Shown here in pieces: positions 1-7,312 of a stretch of 17,307 nucleotides of DNA. The stretch spans positions 1-17,307 of the forward strand of contig JAHQWJ010000131.1 in assembly GCA_029856125.1 (NCBI GenBank), given 5' to 3'. Both the position numbers and the translations under genes were made by a program. Below the pieces are notes generated by a model, which did no database searches, was not told the DNA's origin, and saw nothing but the letters and a program-made list of their open reading frames with translations. Position 1 is the stretch's first letter. Every line of letters begins with the position of its first letter. The DNA comes from Promethearchaeia archaeon (GTDB lineage: Archaea; Asgardarchaeota; Lokiarchaeia; Sigyniarchaeales; SOKP01).

Positions 1-2
1 TT

Positions 3-680
3 AAAGAAAAATATTACAATTTAGCTAGAGAGAAGGGTGTAATTTTCATTAGATTTGATGGAAAAAAACCTCCTGAAGTAAAAATAGAAAATAAGAAACT
101 GAAAGTTTTAGTTAATCAACCTGATTTCGGAGAATTGGAAATTAATCCCGATATGGTAGTATTAAGTACTGGTATAGTTGCACCTAAAGAAGAAAATGAA
201 GAATTAGCAAAATTACTAAAAGTACCCCTTAATGAGGATAAATTCTTTTTAGAGGCTCATGTTAAACTAAGGCCTATTGATTTTGCTACTGAGGGAATAT
301 TTTTATGCGGGTTGGCGCATTCTCCTAAAAATATTAGCGAATCAATCACCCAAGCAAACGGTGCGGCAGCTCAAGCTGTTAAAATATTAGCTACTAAAGA
401 AATAATCACTTCTGGATTAGTTGCTACAGTTTTAGAAGAGATTTGTATTGGGTGTGGAAAATGCGCTGAGGTGTGTCAATTTAATGCAATAGAATTAATA
501 GAAAAGGAAATAGAATTTGAAGATTGTACAATAATCACAAAAAAATCTTATGTAAATTCTGCACTCTGTAAAGGATGTGGTACGTGTGGAGCCCAATGTC
601 CAAATTCAGCGATTATAATTAAACATTTTGGTTTTGAACAAATCAATGCTATGATTAAAGCACTTCTAATTAAAACTTAA
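3..680 (+). CDS. hdrA: HdrA-family FAD/Fe-S protein (hdrA-1), 5'-truncated by the window edge; C-terminal part only
   Basis: The frame is open from base 3 (KEKYYNLAREKGVIFIRFDG...), so the track start at 135 is not the real start. It has the HdrA motifs FFLEAHVKLRP and GIFLCGLAHSPK and a C-terminal 2x[4Fe-4S] ferredoxin (CIGCGKCAEVC, CKGCGTCGAQCP). mvhD follows directly. Confidence 0.93.
   Translation, partial: KEKYYNLAREKGVIFIRFDGKKPPEVKIENKKLKVLVNQPDFGELEINPDMVVLSTGIVAPKEENEELAKLLKVPLNEDKFFLEAHVKLRPIDFATEGIFLCGLAHSPKNISESITQANGAAAQAVKILATKEIITSGLVATVLEEICIGCGKCAEVCQFNAIELIEKEIEFEDCTIITKKSYVNSALCKGCGTCGAQCPNSAIIIKHFGFEQINAMIKALLIKT
507..680 (+). repeat. Direct repeat copy 1 (3' end of hdrA-1), paired with 4401-4574
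   Basis: Manual codon alignment: 157/174 identical with no gaps, and only 2 mismatches in the first 98 nt. Offset 3894 bp; both copies end at the stop codon. Confidence 0.9.
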
Positions 681-706
681 AATATTATAAAAAAATTTGA
701 GGACTC

Positions 707-1141
707 TTGAAAAGTAAGACAAAAAATGAAGAAAAACATATAGGATTTAGACCTAATATATTATGTTTTTGTTGTAGTTGGTGTAGTTATGCTGGAGCAG
801 ATTTGGCGGGTGTTTCACGGTTTCAATATCCCCCTACTATAAGGATAGTGCGTGTTATGTGTTCTGGTAGAGTTGATCCTGCCTTCATTTTAGAGGCCTT
901 TAAAGATGGAGTTGACGGTGTTCTTGTAACAGGATGCCATATTGGAGATTGCCACTACTTAAAAGGGAATGAATTTGCCAAAGAAAGGATTGAGCGCTAT
1001 CAAAAAGTTTTAAAGATGATGGGGCTTGAGAAGAGATTTAAGCTTGAATGGGTAAGCGCATCTGAGGGCAAACGATTTTCTGATTTAATAACAGAGTTTA
1101 CTAACGAAATTAAAGAATTAGGTCCTCTTAAGATTATTTAA
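707..1141 (+). CDS. mvhD: MvhD/FlpD [2Fe-2S] subunit (mvhD-1)
   Basis: Motifs FCCSWCSYAGADLAG, RVMCSGRVDP, GCHIGDCHY and WVSASEG. TTG start with a GAGG SD at 699-702. Adjacent to hdrA. Confidence 0.95.
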   Translation: MKSKTKNEEKHIGFRPNILCFCCSWCSYAGADLAGVSRFQYPPTIRIVRVMCSGRVDPAFILEAFKDGVDGVLVTGCHIGDCHYLKGNEFAKERIERYQKVLKMMGLEKRFKLEWVSASEGKRFSDLITEFTNEIKELGPLKII

Positions 1142-1379
1142 AATACTGTTTTAATTTAAAGACTAGTGGAATCTTTAATTCTAATTATTTTAACTTCTTA
1201 TATTTATGAATAGAGTTCTAAATTGAAACTTAAAGATATTGCTTAATTTCGAAATGTCATTTTTAGATCACGATTCTTTAATAAATTTCACAAATCGATC
1301 AGAATATCGATATCAAATATCGTAAACCAAAAAGAAACCCACTTTATTTGTCACTTTTCGAAGATTTTTCATGATAATA

Positions 1380-1387
1380 TTTATATA
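1380..1387 (+). promoter_or_regulatory. Putative TATA box of hdrA-2
   Basis: TTTATATA about 100 nt upstream of the hdrA-2 ATG; best archaeal TATA match seen in this spacer. The AT-rich background lowers confidence. Confidence 0.4.
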
Positions 1388-1426
1388 ATAATTTTGCCTC
1401 TCCATTATTTAGTTAGAAAAGAATCA

Positions 1427-1440
1427 TAACAAAGTTGTTA
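1427..1440. promoter_or_regulatory. Perfect palindrome TAACAA-AG-TTGTTA, candidate operator
   Basis: 6-bp inverted arms with a 2-nt spacer, between the putative TATA box and the SD (AGGTG, 1474-1478). Confidence 0.35.
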
Positions 1441-1487
1441 AAGAAGTTTAATTACAAATTTTATTTCTTAAAAAGGTGCTCATAATA

Positions 1488-4400
1488 ATGGAAGGGTCTG
1501 CGTTAGTTATTGGTGGAGGCATTGCAGGAATTCAAACTTCCATAGATTTAACCGAACTCGGATTTAAAGTTTATTTAGTTGAAAGAGAACCATCTATTGG
1601 AGGTCGAATGGCGCAGTTGGATAAAACCTTTCCAACAAACGACTGTTCGCTTTGTATCCTAGCACCGAAAATGGTCGAAGTATTTAGAAATCCTAATATC
1701 GAACTTATGACTTATCATGAAGTTAAAAAGATTAGTGGAGAAACGGGAAATTTTAATGTAACAGTTTTGAAGAAGCCTCGATATTTAGACGAGACAAAGT
1801 GTAAAGGATGTGGAGATTGTGCAACAAAATGCCCAAAAATCGAGGTTCCTAATTTATTTGATATGAGCTTAGGTAAAAGAAAGTCCATATACATTCCTTT
1901 TCCTCAAGCAGTTCCACCAGTATATTTAATTGACCCTGAAATCTGCCTGAAGTTGACAAAAGGCGTATGCGGAGTTTGCGAGAAAGTATGTACAGTGGAA
2001 GCGATCGATTATGAACAAAAACCTCAAGATATAGAAATCAATGTCGGAGCAATCGTAGTAGCAACAGGATTTGATATGCCTGCTGAACAATTATCTTCAA
2101 GATGGGGATATCGATACAAAAACATAGTGAGTGCACTCGAATACGAAAGGATACTTTGCGCTTCCGGACCATTTGAAGGGCATGTCTTGCGACCAAGTGA
2201 TCAGAAAGAACCTCAGAAAATTGCCTTCATTCAGTGCGCAGGATCAAGAGATCTCCACGAGAACGTGCCTTATTGTTCAAGTGTGTGTTGTATGTATACT
2301 GCAAAAGAAGCTATTATAACAAAAGAACACTCAGATAATTCGGATTGTTATGTCTTTAGGCATGATATTAGAGCTTATGGTAAAAACTTTTATGAATTTA
2401 CCCAAAGAGCTCAAGACGAATACGGAGTAAAATACTTTCAAACTAAAATAAGTACTATCGAAGAAGATAAGGAAAATAACGATTTAATTATTCATTATGA
2501 GGATCTCAAAACAGGTAAATTTTCAGATTTTAGAGCTAACCTAGTTGTTCTAGCAACACCCTTAGTTCCTACAAAGGGAACAGAAGAATTGGCTGGAATT
2601 TTAGATGTAGAGCTAGATAAATATAATTTCTACAAAGAACAATCTTATTTTAATAAATCTTTATCATCAAAAGAAGGAATTTTTCTATGTGGTTTTTGTC
2701 AAGGACCAATGGATATACCTGAAACTGTTGCAGACGCGAGCGGAGTAGCATCTCAAGTGGCAATGGCACTAAACTCAGTGAAATTCAACGAAATTAAAGA
2801 AAAAGAAGTTAATGAGCCTGAAAGAGAAATAAAAATAACGGATGAGCCACGTATAGGAGTTCTTATCTGTCACTGTGGAATCAACATAGGTAAATATGTA
2901 GATGTTTCTAGTGCAGTTGAATATGTCAAAACCTTACCTTACGTTGTCCACGTAGAAGATAACATGTATTCATGTTCCAGTGATTCACAAATAAGAATAA
3001 AAGAGTTAATTAAAGAACATAATCTTAATAGATTTATAGTAGCTTCGTGTACTCCAAGAACTCACGAATCTTTATTCCAAGAAACTTGTGTAGAAATTGG
3101 ATTAAATAAATACCTATTTGAAATGGTAAATATAAGAGATCAATGTTCTTGGGTCCATATGAATGAGTATGAATTTGCTACCGATAAAGCTAAAGATTTA
3201 ATACGAATGTCCGTAGCTAAAGCTCGGTTGTTGAAACCACTAACCGAATCGTTATTAGATATTACCCCAAATGCACTAATTATAGGTGGCGGTATCTCTG
3301 GAATGACTGCTGCGCTCAATCTTGCTAGTCAAGGATTTCAAACTTACATTGTTGAAAAAGAAAATAAATTAGGAGGAAATCTCAACGATCTTAATATTTT
3401 ATATCCTATACATGAAGACTCATCAAAATTTTTAAACGAAATAAAGACTAAAGTTGAGAAAAGCAAAAACATCCAAGTTTTCTTAAGTTCAAATCTTAAA
3501 GAGATTAAGGGGTTTATCGGTAATTATAATGTCTCAATTATTGATTCCGAGAAGAATGTCCAAGATTTAAAAGTCGGCACAATTATAGTTGCAACTGGTG
3601 CTCTTGAATTAAAACCAGAAGGTTTATTTCAATATAGTGAGAAAAATAAAAATGTCATTACCCAATTAGAATTAGAAAAAAAATTGAAAGGTGATGATAA
3701 ATCTTGGCTCGATGGAATCGATCGCATAACAGTAATCCTCTGCGTTAATGCCAGACAGAAAGAAGGTATTACTTATTGCTCAAATGTATGTTGTGGTGTG
3801 AGTTTAAAAAATATAAGTATTTTAAAGGAATTGAAGCCCGAGCTTGAAATAGCTGTGTTATACCGAGATTTTCAGATGGCTAAAAAAGAGTTCGAAGAAT
3901 ATTATCGTGATAGAAGAAAGGAGAGTATGTTTCTAAGATATGACTTAGAAGGACAGCCAGAGATCGTGAAAATAAACGAAAAACCTGAAAAATATCAGGT
4001 ATCCATATTTGAGACAAATTTACAAGATCAACTTCAATTTGAAACGGATTTGGTTGTATTATCAACTCCAATGATCCCTCCAGAAAACCTACAGGAGCTT
4101 GCGAAAATGTTAAAAGTCCCATTGGATAAAAACGGATTCTTTTTAGAAGCACATGTTAAATTAAGACCTTTGGATTTTGCTACAGAAGGTATCTTTCTAA
4201 GTGGATGTGCACAATGGCCAAAAAATATTCAAGATTCAATATCTCAAGCAAATGGGGCAGCAGGTCGCGCTAATCGAATTTTAAGTGCCAAAACAATTAA
4301 AACTTCAGGACTTATAGCGGAAGTAAATCAAGAGAGATGTATTGGTTGTGGGAAATGTGAATCCGTTTGCCCATATAATGCGATTGAGCTAATCGAAGAA

Positions 4401-4574
4401 GAAATAGAATTTGAAGATTGTACAATAATTACAAAAAAATCTTATGTAAATTCTGCTCTCTGTAAAGGATGTGGTACGTGTGGAGCCCAATGTCCAAACT
4501 CAACAATTGTTATAAAACACTTTAGTTTTGAACAAATCAATGCCATGATTAGAGCACTTTCAATTAATAACTAA
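1488..4574 (+). CDS. hdrA: Large double-module HdrA-family flavoprotein (hdrA-2), about 1028 aa
   Basis: Two FAD-binding GxGxxG motifs (VIGGGIAG, IIGGGISG), GGRMAQLDKTFPTNDC, an inserted ferredoxin, CAGSRD...YCSSVCCM, an internal HdrA N-terminal-type domain (ICHCGINI, CTPRTHE, NIRDQCSWVH) and a C-terminal 2x[4Fe-4S]. The start is moved from GTG 1476 (part of the SD AGGTG) to ATG 1488, matching the MEG start of hdrA-3. Confidence 0.95.
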   Translation: MEGSALVIGGGIAGIQTSIDLTELGFKVYLVEREPSIGGRMAQLDKTFPTNDCSLCILAPKMVEVFRNPNIELMTYHEVKKISGETGNFNVTVLKKPRYLDETKCKGCGDCATKCPKIEVPNLFDMSLGKRKSIYIPFPQAVPPVYLIDPEICLKLTKGVCGVCEKVCTVEAIDYEQKPQDIEINVGAIVVATGFDMPAEQLSSRWGYRYKNIVSALEYERILCASGPFEGHVLRPSDQKEPQKIAFIQCAGSRDLHENVPYCSSVCCMYTAKEAIITKEHSDNSDCYVFRHDIRAYGKNFYEFTQRAQDEYGVKYFQTKISTIEEDKENNDLIIHYEDLKTGKFSDFRANLVVLATPLVPTKGTEELAGILDVELDKYNFYKEQSYFNKSLSSKEGIFLCGFCQGPMDIPETVADASGVASQVAMALNSVKFNEIKEKEVNEPEREIKITDEPRIGVLICHCGINIGKYVDVSSAVEYVKTLPYVVHVEDNMYSCSSDSQIRIKELIKEHNLNRFIVASCTPRTHESLFQETCVEIGLNKYLFEMVNIRDQCSWVHMNEYEFATDKAKDLIRMSVAKARLLKPLTESLLDITPNALIIGGGISGMTAALNLASQGFQTYIVEKENKLGGNLNDLNILYPIHEDSSKFLNEIKTKVEKSKNIQVFLSSNLKEIKGFIGNYNVSIIDSEKNVQDLKVGTIIVATGALELKPEGLFQYSEKNKNVITQLELEKKLKGDDKSWLDGIDRITVILCVNARQKEGITYCSNVCCGVSLKNISILKELKPELEIAVLYRDFQMAKKEFEEYYRDRRKESMFLRYDLEGQPEIVKINEKPEKYQVSIFETNLQDQLQFETDLVVLSTPMIPPENLQELAKMLKVPLDKNGFFLEAHVKLRPLDFATEGIFLSGCAQWPKNIQDSISQANGAAGRANRILSAKTIKTSGLIAEVNQERCIGCGKCESVCPYNAIELIEEEIEFEDCTIITKKSYVNSALCKGCGTCGAQCPNSTIVIKHFSFEQINAMIRALSINN
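4401..4574 (+). repeat. Direct repeat copy 2 (3' end of hdrA-2), paired with 507-680
   Basis: Same alignment; both copies encode EIEFEDCTIITKKSYVNSALCKGCGTCGAQCPNS. Confidence 0.9.
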
Positions 4575-4592
4575 ATTAAGATAATAATAAAA

Positions 4593-4622
4593 CTAGGACC
4601 ATTGGTCCAATAGAGATTTTTT
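4593..4622 (+). terminator. Hairpin plus T-tract terminator after hdrA-2
   Basis: GGACC-ATT-GGTCC stem (4596-4608) with outer CTA/TAG, followed by TTTTTT at 4617-4622, about 20 nt after the stop codon. Confidence 0.55.
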
Positions 4623-4791
4623 GATTTGGTTGATATTATAACAAAATATCTATTTTAATTTAAATCATATAAGTAAAAATAAAAACTCAAATTAGCGTTC
4701 TACTTATCGAGTGTAAAACAAAAAAATAATAAATATCTATTATTTTCAAAATTAAGTGTTTGAAATACTATATTTTTACTTAATTGCAAAA

Positions 4792-4820
4792 TTAGGTATC
4801 CACTCGAGCGATCTATCTGG
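4792..4820 (-). repeat. Intergenic 29-bp inverted copy of hdrD-like coding sequence 6455-6483
   Basis: The reverse complement CCAGATAGATCGCTCGAGTGGATACCTAA aligns to 6455-6483 CCAGATCGCTCGCTCGAGTGGATACCTAA at 27/29, with a 20-nt perfect run. Confidence 0.9.
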
Positions 4821-4885
4821 TGCCCGGACAGTTTCTAGTAGAAAAAATTAGTGGAATTAAAAGAAAGAGAAGTAAAAAAATTGAA

Positions 4886-4892
4886 TTATAAA
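4886..4892 (+). promoter_or_regulatory. Putative TATA box for a leaderless frhB-hdrD-hdrA-mvhD transcript
   Basis: TTATAAA about 25 nt upstream of ATG 4915, preceded by a purine-rich tract. No SD precedes this ATG, as expected for a leaderless first gene. Confidence 0.45.
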
Positions 4893-4914
4893 CAAAAATT
4901 ATTTAGAAATAATT

Positions 4915-6024
4915 ATGGGCCTAAAAATTTTTGAAGATTTAATAAAGGAAGTTCATGATAAAGGAATTTGTCAAGAATGTGGGGGATGTGTAAGTTTTTG
5001 TAGTTCGGCTAAATATAATGTTATAGGATATAAGGAACCTAATACTCCTCCTGTATACATTCATAAAGATCAATGTCTTGAGTGCGGAATTTGTTATATG
5101 ATTTGCCCACAAACTCATATATTGGATGAAGAACTCAACAAAACATACAAATTTACTAATTATAACTCCATGCCAATTGGTAATTACGATGAAATCTATT
5201 CGTGCCAAGCAACCGATAAGGATTTTCTAGAACACGGTACTGATGGAGGAGTTGTAAACTCAATACTCAATTTTATGCTAGAGAAAAAACTGATTGACGG
5301 AGCAATAGTATCTAAAACTGAGTCCGCTTTTTCAAGAGAAGCGTCTTATGCTACGAGTAAGGCCGATTTGTTACGAAGTTCAGGAACAAAATTAGATATT
5401 TCACCTCAGTTGGATGCGGTTCATGAGATTTCTACTTACACTCATTCAATTCCAGGATTGAATCTGTACAAATTCAAGAAATTAGCAGTAATTGGCACTC
5501 CTTGTCAATTCGAATCAATAAGGTGTATGCAGGAATTAGGAGTAACTCCCTCTGAGAATATTGAAATCTGTCTTGGATTGTTTTGTTATGAAAATTTTAT
5601 ATTTGGAAAATCGCAGATAGAGGAGTTTGAGAAGGATTTCAACATTAAATTTTCTGATATAAAAAAAATTAATATTAAAGAAGATGTTATTTTTAAAATA
5701 AAAGATGATGGAAATGGGGAAAAAATAATCCATATTCCATTTAATCAACTGAAGAATTATATGCGTCCACCTTGTAACGCTTGTGATGATTTCACTAATC
5801 TTTACGCAGACATTTCATTTGGGGGATTAGGTTCGGCTGATAAGTTTACTACTGTTATTACTCGAACTGAAAAAGGAAAAAAACTGTTCTCCCAAGTTCT
5901 CGATACTGGAATTATTAAGTGCGCAAATTTAGATTCAAGTAAGAAAAAAGCCATGATTAAGTTGATTACACAATTTTCTCATTCAAAAATAAAAAGAAAA
6001 GAAGAATTTATGAAGAATTTATAG
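4915..6024 (+). CDS. Coenzyme F420 hydrogenase/dehydrogenase beta-subunit family protein (FrhB/FdhB/FpoF-like) with N-terminal 2x[4Fe-4S]
   Basis: N-terminal CQECGGCVSFC and CLECGICYMICP. FrhB-family motifs DGGVV, VIGTPCQ, GLFCYENF, CNACDDF and ADISFGGLGS. Ends in tandem TAG TAG. Confidence 0.9.
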   Translation: MGLKIFEDLIKEVHDKGICQECGGCVSFCSSAKYNVIGYKEPNTPPVYIHKDQCLECGICYMICPQTHILDEELNKTYKFTNYNSMPIGNYDEIYSCQATDKDFLEHGTDGGVVNSILNFMLEKKLIDGAIVSKTESAFSREASYATSKADLLRSSGTKLDISPQLDAVHEISTYTHSIPGLNLYKFKKLAVIGTPCQFESIRCMQELGVTPSENIEICLGLFCYENFIFGKSQIEEFEKDFNIKFSDIKKINIKEDVIFKIKDDGNGEKIIHIPFNQLKNYMRPPCNACDDFTNLYADISFGGLGSADKFTTVITRTEKGKKLFSQVLDTGIIKCANLDSSKKKAMIKLITQFSHSKIKRKEEFMKNL

Positions 6025-6040
6025 TAGAGAGGATTTAATT

Positions 6041-7312
6041 ATAACAGAATCAAAAAAAGGTTTCAAAAAAGAAGAGGTCTTAGATGACACCTCAAAATAT
6101 CTTGATAAAATTTACAACCCTGATTTAAGAAGTATCTTAAGGAGATGTTATCAATGTGGTCGTTGCAGTGGAGTTTGTCAATTAAGCAAAGTCCAGACTT
6201 ACACACCTAGCAGAATTATTCAACTCATCATAGAAGGTTTTGAAGAAAAAGTACTAGAGAGCCAGACCTTATGGGATTGTTTAACCTGCAATCAATGCTT
6301 AAAAGATTGTCCAGAAAACATTAACTTTGCTGAATTAGTAAGGATGGCTCGATATAAAATGAGACAATCAGCGAAAAAGAATGTTGATGAGTTGATAGCA
6401 CATAAGGGAGTTTACACAACGATCACTGAAATCATGAGCCAACCTTATATTAATCCAGATCGCTCGCTCGAGTGGATACCTAAAAACATAAAAATTGCTG
6501 ATAAAGGCAAAGTTTTATATTATGTTGGCTGTATTCCTTATTTTAATTACGAATTTGACAAAATAGATTCTATAGCGTTAAGTACGTTACAGATATTAAG
6601 TAAAATCGAAAAAGAACCACTAGTCATATTCAAAGAAGAAATCTGCTGTGGTCATGATGTCTACTGGGGGCAGGGAAAATTAGAAATTTTTATCGAATTG
6701 GCAAAGAAAAACATCAAAATGTTCGAGAAAGCAGGCGTCTCAACTATTGTTACTGCCTGTGCCGAATGTTACACAACTTTCAAAGTCGAATATCCAAAAC
6801 TATTTGAAGATTTTAACCAAAAAATTGAAGTAAAACATATAATAGAGTATATTTACGAAATGTGGAAAGAAGGCAAAATTAAATTTGTAGGTAAGAATGA
6901 GTCTGAGGAGGGAATTTCGTTTACCTATCACGATCCATGTAGGTTAAGCAGATTTTTACCCAAAGACAACGCCATTACTGATAATACGCGCGAAATTTTT
7001 GAAGAATTCAAAAAATTAGGATATATTTTTAACGAAATGGAACATAATAAATCAAATTCCTTGTGTTGCGGTGTGAACTCATGGATGAATTGTAACGAAA
7101 AATCAAAAGCCCTTAGGTATAAAAGAATGCTTGAAGCTAAATCTGCAGGCAGTATTATGTTAACTTCTTGCCCGAAATGTAAAATTCACCTTTCGTGCTT
7201 ACAAGATGATTACGAGGATATTTCTTCAATCGAGATATCAGATTTCTCAGAGTTTTTGGTAAATCACATTAAAGTTATAGATTCTAATAAGAATAGTGAG
7301 GTGGAAAAATAA
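6041..7312 (+). CDS. HdrD/GlpC-like Fe-S oxidoreductase (HdrC-like 2x[4Fe-4S] domain plus two CCG domains), 423 aa, probable ATA start
   Basis: The frame is open from 6014. Upstream of the track's ATG 6344 it encodes CYQCGRCSGVC and WDCLTCNQCLKDCPENINFAELVR. Two complete CCG motifs follow (CX37CCX36CXXC and CX41CCX33CXXC). GAGG SD at 6029-6032 precedes ATA 6041; there is no in-frame ATG/GTG/TTG before 6344. Confidence 0.88.
   Translation: MTESKKGFKKEEVLDDTSKYLDKIYNPDLRSILRRCYQCGRCSGVCQLSKVQTYTPSRIIQLIIEGFEEKVLESQTLWDCLTCNQCLKDCPENINFAELVRMARYKMRQSAKKNVDELIAHKGVYTTITEIMSQPYINPDRSLEWIPKNIKIADKGKVLYYVGCIPYFNYEFDKIDSIALSTLQILSKIEKEPLVIFKEEICCGHDVYWGQGKLEIFIELAKKNIKMFEKAGVSTIVTACAECYTTFKVEYPKLFEDFNQKIEVKHIIEYIYEMWKEGKIKFVGKNESEEGISFTYHDPCRLSRFLPKDNAITDNTREIFEEFKKLGYIFNEMEHNKSNSLCCGVNSWMNCNEKSKALRYKRMLEAKSAGSIMLTSCPKCKIHLSCLQDDYEDISSIEISDFSEFLVNHIKVIDSNKNSEVEK
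6455..6483 (+). repeat. Intragenic partner of the 4792-4820 inverted repeat (encodes PDRSLEWIP)
   Basis: 27/29 match to the reverse complement of 4792-4820; lies in the linker between the HdrC-like and CCG domains. Confidence 0.9.

Noticed and set aside
1156-1178. TTAAAGA/TCTTTAA hairpin after mvhD-1
   Set aside because: A 7-bp almost all-AT stem; too weak to call as a terminator.
2131-2319. 62-aa ORF inside hdrA-2
   Set aside because: Alternate-frame overlap of a strongly conserved gene, with no recognisable motif.
507-4574. hdrA 3' repeat as a diversity-generating retroelement TR/VR pair
   Set aside because: Mismatches are not adenine-specific and many are synonymous, both copies are coding, and no reverse transcriptase is present.
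4792-4846. GC-rich island as a tRNA fragment, CRISPR spacer or SECIS
   Set aside because: No cloverleaf or T-loop, no flanking direct repeats or cas genes, and no SECIS core or in-frame UGA to recode.
6011-6040. Sec/Pyl read-through or fusion joining frhB and hdrD
   Set aside because: The genes are in different frames, frhB has a double TAG stop, and SD plus ATA explains the junction more simply.
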